A DNA stretch of 64,000 nucleotides from Raillietiella orientalis (Eukaryota): NCBI GenBank assembly GCA_036172245.1, contig JAYWIR010000016.1, positions 3,410,001 to 3,474,000 on the forward strand, given 5' to 3'. Made by a program: the position numbers and the translations under genes. Shown one piece after another: positions 36,701-46,430 of this stretch (the stretch's first letter is position 1; every line of letters begins with the position of its first letter). The notes beneath the pieces are model-generated. The model searched no databases. It saw only the letters and a list, made by a program, of their open reading frames with translations, and was not told the DNA's origin.

Positions 36701-39700
36701 CGTTTCCCGCCGACTATCGACGACGCGAATGACCCTTGCCCTTCCCCTGATGAATCGAGCGGAGGACAGGAGGATATACGTAGGGCCTCTCTCTCTCTGT
36801 CTCTCTCTTACACTAGGGGGTAATGGGTGGCCCGGTGGGAGTGCTTGTTCCCTCTCACTTCCTGCGTTGAACGGGAACCCATGACCAGCCGGTCCTAAGA
36901 GGAAGCTGACGGAACGCCCAGAGAGGCGAAGAGGAAGAAAGGAGATCTGATCTCTTGAATACTCACTTTCTTTCTTCAGGTGGGACGAGTTTTCGATGGC
37001 TCTGACCCTCTGGCAGTGCTTCGTGCAGCTTTCTTCTCCGAGCTCGAAAGGAGAGCTGGGACCCGAAAAACAGGACAAAATGATTGGCTATGATAAGCAA
37101 GGATCTCGGACCGCTCCTAAGGCGTCCGAACACGACGCGCACGAAGGGGACGGGGAGAGGTATTTCCTGCTCCTCTACACCGCGGACTGGGGTGGACGGG
37201 TGGGAGTTAAGTCGCGCACCTTTCCCTCCCTGGCCTCTTGTCCGAGACCCGGAAATTCCAAAGAGCCAAGCAACACGGGGGTAAGAGCATCGCAGCAGGA
37301 CGCCGGTGTTACCAGCGCCACATGCTAGCAGGGGATGGAGATAGAACAGGAGCCGGCTGCAGAAGAAGTAGCACCGCAAAAGCCGAGATGGAACCATAGT
37401 GGCTTTCTAGAAGATCTTTCCACCACTGGAGCTCGTCCTCATCAGAGAGGGACATTTCTTCTGTCCTTCGCTGGTCGCAAGGAAACCCAAGCATCGACCA
37501 CGTGCCTTCGGAAGTGTTTGAAGGCGCAGGCGCTGCTTCCTGGTCTGACCGCAAGAGGGACGGGTTTCGCTCGTCCGCGCCAAGACACAAGATGATTGGG
37601 AAACCCTGTTTGCCGCCCTTCCCCCATGAAGCAGCTGGAGTCCATTCCAATGTTACGGAAAGACGAAAACAAGGACCGGACGATTCCCTGCTTTCGTCTT
37701 TCCTCAAAGCGAAGAGGTGATGTGGGATACCTTCCTAGTCTTCGAGCTCGGAACGGAGTAGAGGAGGAGGGTCCGTCGCAGAGACCGCTTTCCTTCCCCT
37801 TCCCAGGTGTGTGCAGGGTTCGCGCGACATCAACTCGGATCAGCGAGGTGACTCCAGGGCTCCGCGTGCCGGCAGTCAAGAGCGGAGGGAAAGATCGAAG
37901 TTACGCGCAGAGGTATCCAGCACGGCAGACAAAAGTTGCACTGCGGACACAAACCAATGAGATTAGAGAAAGCAGACCAAGCGATGTCAATAAGGTCAGC
38001 TCGTTCCTTCGAGGGGAAAGCAACGCTACAGAAAGCAATTAATTAATTACCCTTGTTTACTTCTCCCGGCGATCGCGGAGGAGGGAATTTCCCGCTACGA
38101 GTGAGCCACTACACACACCGCGCTCTATCGCTTTCCAGGTATTGCGTCCTGCTCTGTTCCTCGATCCGAAAGATAAGATTACAAATGACGGATTGATACG
38201 GTTAATTCCGCCTTATCAGAAGATGGAGACGAACAAAGTCCGCGAGCAGCGCGAAAAGTGCTCCCATCTATTAGCCGAACAGCAAACAGAAACGTGCAAA
38301 CGATTTGCCGAAACTTTCTTAAAAAAAAAGGAGAGAGAGAAAGAAAGGAAGTAGGTTGGGGAGGGGGAGCTGCTTCTTCTAGAAGAGTGTTACTTGGTTT
38401 TCTGAGAAAAGGTAGATAGCTACACTTTGTCGCAACCCGATCTGTAGATTAAGCGGTTCCTCAGCGGACGGGAGGGCAGCAGCTAGCCATCAACTAGCGT
38501 GATTCGGGTTCGGCGTCGCGGACACATCGCCCAAATGGCACCCCACCGAATTGCGAAACGGCGCGATCCGTGGAGCGGGTGGGTGGTTCCGTATTGCGAA
38601 CGGCTGAGGGAAGGCGCGGAGAGGGGAAGAGGGCGAGGCTCCAAATGGAACGGGAGCTCATAATGGAAGACTCTGGTACGGGAGGTGCTAATTGCCTCCT
38701 TTTGAGAAAGCGAGCAAGGGAAAACAAAGGACGTACGCTCCTTCAAGCGCGAAAGATCGTCATGGTACATCAGTCCCCTCTTTCGGCGAGCGGTTCCGTC
38801 GTCGAAACGCAGGCGACAGGTGTTGCGGGAGATTCACATCCACTCCTGCTCCAGTGACTCAGCCGTGCTCCCCTTCCCTCCTCCTCCCGCTCTTGGACTT
38901 TCGCGATGGGCTGCGAGAGGGAATTCAACTGCGATGTGGGAAGATCCCCAGCAACCGACGGGTGACGAGGGGTCAAGGAAAAAGACGGGAGCGCACTCTG
39001 GTCTCCCATCCGAGTCACGGTCATCCCATCGATGCCACGGGACGGGAGGCGAAGACATCGCAGGGAGCACGCGACGGTTGAGCAGAGACATTCGTATCGT
39101 CCTCTCCCACACTTTGGCGCCTTCGTCAAGGTAATGAGCAGGAATTCACATGCAGCTGCTAAATCTCTCCGCTACTGGGACATTCGACTCGTCTGTTCCC
39201 GACCTAATTCCGCCGCCGCGAACACGCCCATCCTCCTGAGGCAGGGCCTTTTCGCCTTTTCACCCTTGACGGTCCCTCAATCTCACCCCCAAAAGCGCCA
39301 TTCTTCCCTGTGCCATGTGAGGATCGCTCACCCTTCTTGAAACCTGGGGATCCGCACCTTCCCGACAGTAGGTATCCGCGCCACGCAGCAGACGCAGGTG
39401 CGGAATCATTTCTTGCTGCAGGTGCGATTATTCCAGGATCCCTTGAAGGGTTTATCTTTGTCCCCGATGACTCCCTCGCGAACGGATTTTGGCATCGGTT
39501 GTAGCGACCCAAGGAGTCCCGAAGTGGCGGCAGAGGATGCAGTAGCAAACCATTGCAGGAGTCAGTGCACCCTCTCAGACACGATTTCGTCCTACTCGGC
39601 CTTCGTTCGTGAGGAATCGTGACCTACAGTGAGTCCTCTGCTGCCTGGAGAGACCGTCTCAGGGACCTCGGTTGCTCGCCGCGGGCAAGGGGAATATTCC

Positions 39701-42700
39701 AGTGTGGCTTTCTTTCCTTTCGGACACGGAATCGTCGCACTTCATTCGAAACAACTTCCCATCCTTTCCTTCTCCAAAAATGGGATCGCGAGAGGGAGGA
39801 CGGAAAACTTTTTCGGAACCCCAAGGAAGGATGGGAATCGGGAAGGTTCCAGAAGGCGTCCCCCGCAAGAGGGTGCCTTCCCTCCGCCCGACTTCCAAGG
39901 TGAACACCAGAGAGAAGGGTGGAGGAGGGATTCCCGGAGCCGCAAACCATCGACAGGAAGTGATGCCGAGGTAGAGGGAAAGGTGTGGATAGGACTCAGA
40001 CATCCCAGGAACCGGCCATTGCCTCTGTTAGTCCTGAGCGTCCGGCGCGGGGATGAAGGCGGAACTGGAATCCAGAACGTGGGAGAAGGCGGGGGAAGAA
40101 AAGGATGAGGAAGGGGTCCCTTGGGAGAGAAGCCCGGCGCAAGGGGAGCAGGAGGGGGAGGGGGAGCATTCGGGACGGCTGCAGGACAAGCGGCGTCTCA
40201 GCTTTCGCCTCCGTCTGTGCTGGTGTCGGTGAGGCGGGACGAGCGACTTTTTCCCCCTCCCTTCTTTTCTGTGCCTTCCTCTTCCCTCTTTTCCTCCCTC
40301 ACCGGTCGGTGTTGCTCCAATAAAGGAGGTTGCCGCGGGCGCAAGGGATGGACTTGCCGACGAACGTGTCCCATTCAAGGGACTCCTAGAAAAGGTGGAT
40401 GGATCTTGTCACTCGCTTTTTTCCTCGGAGCGCACGGTGCCGCCGTGACCCGGAAGCCTCCCGACTTCTCCCACTTTCATCTTTTTCTCTCCGGCGCCCG
40501 ACCCAGGTAAGAGTCTTGAGAAGCTCCCCCTTTCCGAGAGAAGGAAAGCGTGCACGCGGCGTGCCTGCTCCCTCTTCCATCGAATAATCGCGACCTTCAG
40601 CTGGAAAAGCTCCAATGGGACAGAGTTCCAAGGCAGCTGGAGTCCCGCATCGGAAGGGGAGAGAAGTGGAAGAGGGGGGAGGGGGAAGGAAAGAGGAGGC
40701 TTGCATCTTCAGAGATCGAAGTACTCTGGAGAATGGGTCTGAGCTTTCTTCCCGCGGCTCCATGGTTACGAGACTGCTGAGGCTGCACGACCTCCATAGG
40801 GAAGCGGGGACGGAACACGTCCCTCTCGAGGAGACAAAGCCCAGAGGGGCCTTTCTGCGATTCCCACATCCGCGGGAGGTGACCGACTCGAGTGTTCCGT
40901 GGAAGTTCCATTGAAGCGGCCACCGGCAACGTCGTCCGCTACCAGTGCGCGAGGTCACCCGTCAACTAACTCCTGTTCCGCACGTGCGTGCGCGTGCACG
41001 CGCACTGCGCCTGCTCCGTCCCTGCATCTGCATGCATGGGATGTGCGCATGGGCAGACTTCGCGCGCCCTGAGCCATTTTTTTCTTCCGCTTTGGGAGCG
41101 AGGGAGAGGGAGGGAGGCGGAAAAGACCCAACCACTAGCAGATGCTTCCAGTGGAACACGTAGGTCTCCTGCGAGGGACATGACCTTCGGAAAAAGGGAG
41201 AGGAAACAGGGAGAAATGAGTCTCCAAGGAGCTGCAGGGGCTGCGAGGCAGAAGGTGCTCCTTAGAAACCGCGATAGGATGACCCGCTCCCATCCGCCGT
41301 CAAAGGCGGCTTCGATGGCGGATGAGAACGGGGAAAGAGATGGAGGCAAGAGAAGGTAGGGCAGGGTAAGTGGCGCAGACCATCTCCCGTACCGCAAAAA
41401 GTCTTCCACTCCCCTCCTCCCCCCTCGCCTCGTCCCGCTCTCTTCCCTCCTCTACTTATGTGGAGACCCACGTGTTCCCGAAGACGTGTGTGAGACGAGA
41501 GAGGTTGCTTGAGGTGGGAGGAGTAGGAGTAAACGATACGGGAAAGGGAGGCAGCGCGCGGAGGAGACTGCACACGAGCGCGATTTGAAAGAGCAATCGC
41601 GCACAGCATCTCCTGGCAACCCCTCGACGCGCCACCCTTCCAACCTGCTGTAGGCAGACGCGATTGAGAGAGAAAGTGACCTGGGAGAGGGCATGAATCA
41701 AGAAACTGGGGGCGCCCTACGGCCGTGAATGCGAAGGAAGGGGAGGGGGAAAGAGAGACGCTTCCCGTTGGTGACGGGACTCACATGTGCTTCCAGCAGG
41801 GGCAGCAGATCCAGCTCTGGATGTCCGCATCCCAGGCGACACACTTTCGGCACACCGGGTCGCCACAGGCGTAACACTGGTACCTCTTGTTGAAGAGGAA
41901 ACTGAACGCAGACCTGCAGCCCGCGCACAGTCTCCCGGCGTCTTGGCGCACGTCCCGGACGTGGGGAAAAGCTCCACAGGATTCGTTGGCGAGCTTGAGG
42001 TTGCTGGGGGAAGAAAAAGAAGGTTTTCCCTATTTCCTCCGTGTCAGGAAGAGTAACGGAGTGTTTGTTGCCGTCTCGTTGGTCTCGCCGTGCCTCAGCG
42101 CATGTCACATCGGACAAGACGCGCACGCGCGCGTGCACCACGGACTGTGGCTTACCCTTCCCCTACCCTCACATGCACGCTCGCGCGTGCGAAACGACAC
42201 ACAGAATGCACACACTAACTCTGCCAGGAAGAGGTACCAGTCCCGCGCGCACTGCGCATCGCCTCCGTCGGGATGCTGCTGCTGCTCGGCGCCCGCCTGC
42301 ATCTCGAGTGCACCCTCTTCCCGCCTCCTCCTCCCTGCGCTCCTCCTCTCTCCCGTCTCGCAGGTTTGCTCGCGCCACGGGCGGAGGGAAACCTGCGCAG
42401 CACAAAAGGAGGTTCCTCCCCCCTGCGCACGCCCCTTCCTCACCCGCCTCCCGCAGAAAGAGGTGACAAGTCGCCAGCGGATCCCCGAATGCGGAAAACC
42501 CTCAGTGACGAACAACGACCCGGCCCGCGAACGGACAAAATCGGCGCGCACTCAGCGGCGGAACTGGAAAGGCGGGGAGACGGAGCGGCAGCTCGCCCTC
42601 CCAGAAACGGCGGCTCCGGAAAGCGCCGCCTACCCCGTTTCGAACGCCCTCCGGTGTTCGTTTTCTTCTCTGCTCCCCAGAAAGCGTGCGCGCCCTTCGC

Positions 42701-45629
42701 TGCCCCTCTTTCCTCCCTGAATGCATAGGCGGGAGGCGGCGACCGGGAGCGCTGGCCTCCAGGCAAGACCGGGAGACCGTCGGCAACGCCGCCGAGGCAT
42801 CCGCAGCGATTCCCTTCCTCTTACCTCATCCCCGTTGCCCTCCTTCCCAGGATTACGCATGCCGCCTTCCTGACGGCGCGCATACCTCAAGTCAGACATG
42901 GACTGGTGAGTACGTGCCGCGTAAGGACTGATGGACGACCCCCCTCACTCGGTGTCCAGGAGAGGAAAATTTTCGCTCGGGGACGAAACCGCCACCTAGA
43001 ATTCGGGAAGGAAAGGAGGGAATAGGAAGGAGGGTGTAGCGCGGCGCTGTACGGAAAGGGGAAACTGTTGTCCCTAGGGGACCTCCAAAGGGGACTGTGC
43101 AAAACGAAGGGAGGTGGGGAAAGCGAGAGGAAGAAAACTCCCGCTGCCGAAGGACCCTCCTTCCTTATCTCTCTCTCTGCCACACCTGCGATGCGAGAAG
43201 ACAAAGAGGAAAAGAAAAGCACTGCTTGGAGGCGTGGCGGCGGGAGGGCGGACGCGCTCGCGTAGGTGGGGCCGTGGCTTGCGTATCCGCACGCTCCCGG
43301 CAGCCTCCGCCTCGGAACGAAGCACACACAGGGCGGGGAGTGGGGAGCATCTCGAACATGGTCGTCCGAAAAGGGACAGAAGGAAGGGCAAGCTGTTAAG
43401 GACTGACCCAGCCGGGAGAGGGCCGGGAGAGGAGCGGAGAGAGCGAACGGGCGTTTGGTGGTTGTTTTCGGGGCTCTCCCTCCCTTCCGTAGAACCGTCG
43501 CAGCTCGTAGGGAGAAAAGGGACCCGCGATCCCCTCCCCACCTCCACTCGACCTTTAGAGTGGATCTCAGAGATGAGAGTACGGGGCAAGCGCGGGGTTC
43601 CAGGATGGCTGCTGGCGCCTTTCTCTTCCGAGAGAAGTCGTCAGGCCCGCGCGGCATCCCGAGGACTCCTGCCCACGTCCCACTCCGTTCCCTTCCTTCC
43701 CTGTCTCTCTCCATTCCTCAGGAAAAATTCTGCGAAGGATGCTACGCGGAGGCGGGAACACCTGGAAGCTCCAAGAGAAGACTCTTGGAGCCTTTCTCTC
43801 CCTCCTCTTTTTCCTTCCTCAGGAACCATCGCGGCGTCCTGAAGCGACATGGTGGACGGGCAGCGCGCACGCTCCTCCATCCGTCCGATAGACCGGATGG
43901 GAGGCGGGTGCGCAAGGGAATGGGCACTGGGAAGGCCGGAGGGAGAGTGGAGGCTGGAAAGGGGGAAGGGGGGAGGAGTAGAAGGAGGGGGAACTGCCGC
44001 AATGAGGATCGGGAGGAGCGTGAGCACCCCCATCTTCCCCTGTTTCCAGGTTGCTGCGGATGATGGACGATAAGGAAGTCCAGCGCCTACCACAGCTCAA
44101 CCGGAAGTCCAAGATCCCCCTACCGCTCCCCTCCAGCTCTTTACTCCTCCCCTGGCAGAGCACCCACGCACAAATCCTCCAGCCTTGTTTTCCCACGCCT
44201 CTCGCGTGAGTGGAGCTCCGAGGATCGAGAGGGCGCGTCACACTCCACTTCCAGGATCCGTGGGCGTTTCCCGATTGTCGGCGAAACGTTCCCTTCTCTC
44301 CCTCCTCCGCGCACGCACCTTCCACGCCGATGGCACGGGTGCAGCCTTGGGACGGGACGGGAAGGGTGGGAAGCTTCGGAGAAGGAGAAACGCCCGAACG
44401 AGAGGGAAAGAGGCAACTCGAAAACCTTGACGCCGCACGACGCGCGCCATCTATGGGAGGCGGCGGGATTCCAAGCGCACGCATCTCGCACGGAGGCTGC
44501 AATGCACCGAAGAATGCGCGCCGCAACGCGCGCTCGGCTAAGCCACCACCGCCACCGTCTCCACATCTGCGAAAACACACCGCAGTGAGCACACAAAAGA
44601 CACGTCCGCCCGCCCGCCCGCACGCACGCACGCACGCACGCGCATCGTGAACGCTGCGCGCTCCTGGGGGAGCCACGAGGGTCGCCTGTGCTTCTTCGCA
44701 CTCCTCGTCCTTCCAAGGAGTTGCCGTGATCCGCGCCAGGGGGACTCCCTGCTTACCTCATGCCTGCGTCATCTTCGGATCAGTGCGGAGGAACACTTGT
44801 TTTGGCTCGGCGGCGCCAGTGGCGGTCTACCAGAAGAACTTCCGAGTTTCCCCCCCCCCGCTTGGGGTTCTTCGCCGCCGCAGCACGAGCACGACGAGCG
44901 AGTGCAGAGCGCACGGTTTACCACCACCTTTCACGGACGCGAGTGCCGCGCAGCCGCCCGCTCGCTCGTCGAGCGTGGCCTAAGGGAACGACAGTACGAA
45001 GAGTCATTCGCCCGCGAGTCCAGTGGACTTGAGATATGACGCGCGAGAGGAGGCAGAGGCCGCTCGCTTATGGCTCCGTCCTGCGGGATGGAAGCAGCCG
45101 GAGTCTCCCCCTGTTCCTTCCGCACATTTACAAACACGCATGCGCAGCCTGCCTGGTCTGCCCTCGAAGGGGGGAGGGCTTTCCTCCTCCCGAATAACGG
45201 AGCGGCCCTTCCCGTTTCCTCGCTTCCTCTTCGAAACCGGGAACCACCAGTCGACACCAGATTCATCCGTGTGACGCAAGGGGGTTCTCGCTCAGCCGTG
45301 GCTCACGAGTCACTCACTTGCCACCCGCGAAATCAATTACCGCCGCCGCTCAGTTAATGACCAGAAAGAGAATCGGAGCGGCTGCGAGACGCCAAACGAA
45401 GCCGAAGCACCGTGGGGTGGGTGAGCCACCGAAGGCGGCCAAGGAACGGAGAGGACGAACTCCATCCATCCACTCGCCCTGTCCCCCGGCGACGACGACT
45501 TCGCCGCAGTCTCTTCGGCAGCGCAGACGTGACTTTTGCGGATTGAGAAAGAGCTGTTCGACAAGTTGCACGGGGAAGAAGACAAACCGACAGCTGGCAC
45601 CCCTCCCACCCCCATGAGGAAAGGAAGGC

Positions 45630-45660
<31 letters not shown>

Positions 45661-46430
45661 AGTCGTAATAGTTGGGTTCTAACCGTACGGCAGGCATCCG
45701 TCTGACCGTAGCGAACACCTACACATTTTTAACTTCCTTATAAATTAATAAGTGAGTTTTGCATACATCTTACCCATTCTTGTAGAGAGAAGACACATCT
45801 CAGTTTTGAGAAAAAAAAAAAAATTTCATGAATTTACGTGGGCGGCACGAAGGCCAGTCCGTTTCGCTCCATAACAAAAACGGAAGGTGAGAACTGATGA
45901 TGATGAAGAAGAGAAAGCAGGGGGGGGAAGAGAGAAACAACAAAAACGCGATTCAAATCAAATTAGGGACACGATAGCAATTCTCTACGAGGGACCAGCC
46001 TTCCCTTCTGGGTAAATTTACCCCCCAAGCTTGCAGAGCGCGTTCTCTTAAGAGACCGTGTCCGTCCGCCGACTCCTCCTCGACGGCGACCCTGTCTTTC
46101 GCCGAGTGGAACGACGGCCCCCGGTCTTCCTCTCGGGCCCATCCTCCTCCACGCAAGAACAACCGGGGGTTCGACCTCGCAACGCCGCCTCCCCCCATCC
46201 CCCCACTCCCGGGCTCTTCCCGTGTCCGTACCCGCTGGCTGTCGGCCAGAGGCGTCCGCTTTCCGGTGCAAAGCTCGCTCCGAGCACAGCGGGCTGCCAC
46301 TGCAGTGTGCCCTCGAGGTGCGTCGGCGGTCTTACCTCTGCTTCTTCCGGAATGTCTTGCAAGCTCTTCTTGCGAGAAGCAGCATGAGCACAGCCACCAG
46401 CACGTGCCAGCTGAGAACGCCGTCGTCCAT
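24014..46430 (-). CDS. Large multi-exon gene: membrane-anchored MyRIP/melanophilin (Slac2)-like zinc-finger protein (whole locus, partially resolved)
   Basis: Phase-consistent GT-AG exon chain (5' to 3'): 46430-46336, 42003-41785, 37055-36967 (less certain), 34214-34065, 33949-33839, 30700-30617, 29882-29695, 29629-29297 (probably with a 51-nt intron at 29538-29488), 29177-28922, 28811-28703, 28604-28419, 28177-28026, 27920-27718. Exons in about 27.7-24.8 kb are unresolved. The chain then continues 24767-24467, 24408-24371, 24267-24014 (stop TAA). Confidence 0.75.
27718..29629 (-). CDS. Central exon cluster of the Slac2-like gene
   Basis: 29629-29297 ILASPL...KHVQTD...DAGTQWD...KDGAFL; 29177-28922 VKERIKEVTKTY...AFPARDLGADV; 28811-28703 DPFCEDQTLPSFRDRRNWLFRR...RVA(I); 28604-28419 PVDEMSELSEEEEE...PYQN; 28177-28026; 27920-27718 (weaker). 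Every junction is GT-AG and in phase. Confidence 0.75.
29695..30700 (-). CDS. Two exons (30700-30617, 29882-29695) of the Slac2-like gene, amphipathic helices
   Basis: Encode KFLFSKYHGKLTSVLQQLSRSLKSAMN and EPIPAERLPSLLHTELKRIIWDVIQEV...SYEELLATSVFNR. Acceptors ctttcag and cttccag, donors gtaagt and gtacgt; phases match. Confidence 0.8.
33839..34214 (-). CDS. Two exons (34214-34065, 33949-33839) of the Slac2-like gene
   Basis: Encode DSENDSGYSVSMRESGG...RRHSKYDS and ASPQAAQVHEHLHSLVRSFLGTPLGDKVFLWSLSGEQ(Y). Acceptors cctttgcag and cattccag, donors gtacgc and gtaaga, all phase 1. Confidence 0.75.
36967..37055 (-). CDS. Probable linker exon of the Slac2-like gene (SPFELGEESCTKHCQRVRAIENSSHLKKE)
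   Basis: Pyrimidine-rich acceptor cccag| and donor A|gtgagt. Phase 2 in and phase 1 out bridge the zinc-finger exon and exon 34214. Confidence 0.5.
41785..42003 (-). CDS. FYVE-related (RabBD/Slac2-type) zinc-finger exon
   Basis: Acceptor ttctttttcttcccccag|, donor AT|gtgagt. Translates NLKLANESCGAFPHVRDVRQDAGRLCAGCRSAFSFLFNKRYQCYACGDPVCRKCVAWDADIQSWICCPCWKH: four CxxC pairs with the F-x-F-L-x-N-x-R-x-C and W-x-C-x-x-C pattern recalled from MyRIP/melanophilin. This frame is absent from the ORF track. Confidence 0.88.
44606..44643. repeat. (CCGC)n-(ACGC)n compound tetranucleotide repeat
   Basis: ccgcccgcccgcccgcacgcacgcacgcacgcacgcgc, visible directly. Confidence 0.85.
45631..45657. repeat. 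Poly(A) homopolymer, 27 nt
   Basis: Uninterrupted A run. Other long homopolymers lie at about 1333-1353 (A), 1903-1921 (T), 14107-14121 (C) and 25114-25131 (C). Confidence 0.9.
46336..46430 (-). CDS. Putative first coding exon: signal-anchor/TM segment MDDGVLSWHVLVAVLMLLLARRACKTFRKKQ(S)
   Basis: In-frame ATG at 46430; short acidic N-terminus, hydrophobic run, then a basic flank with a Cys. Strong donor AG|gtaaga in phase 2, matching the phase-2 acceptor of the zinc-finger exon. Confidence 0.6.
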
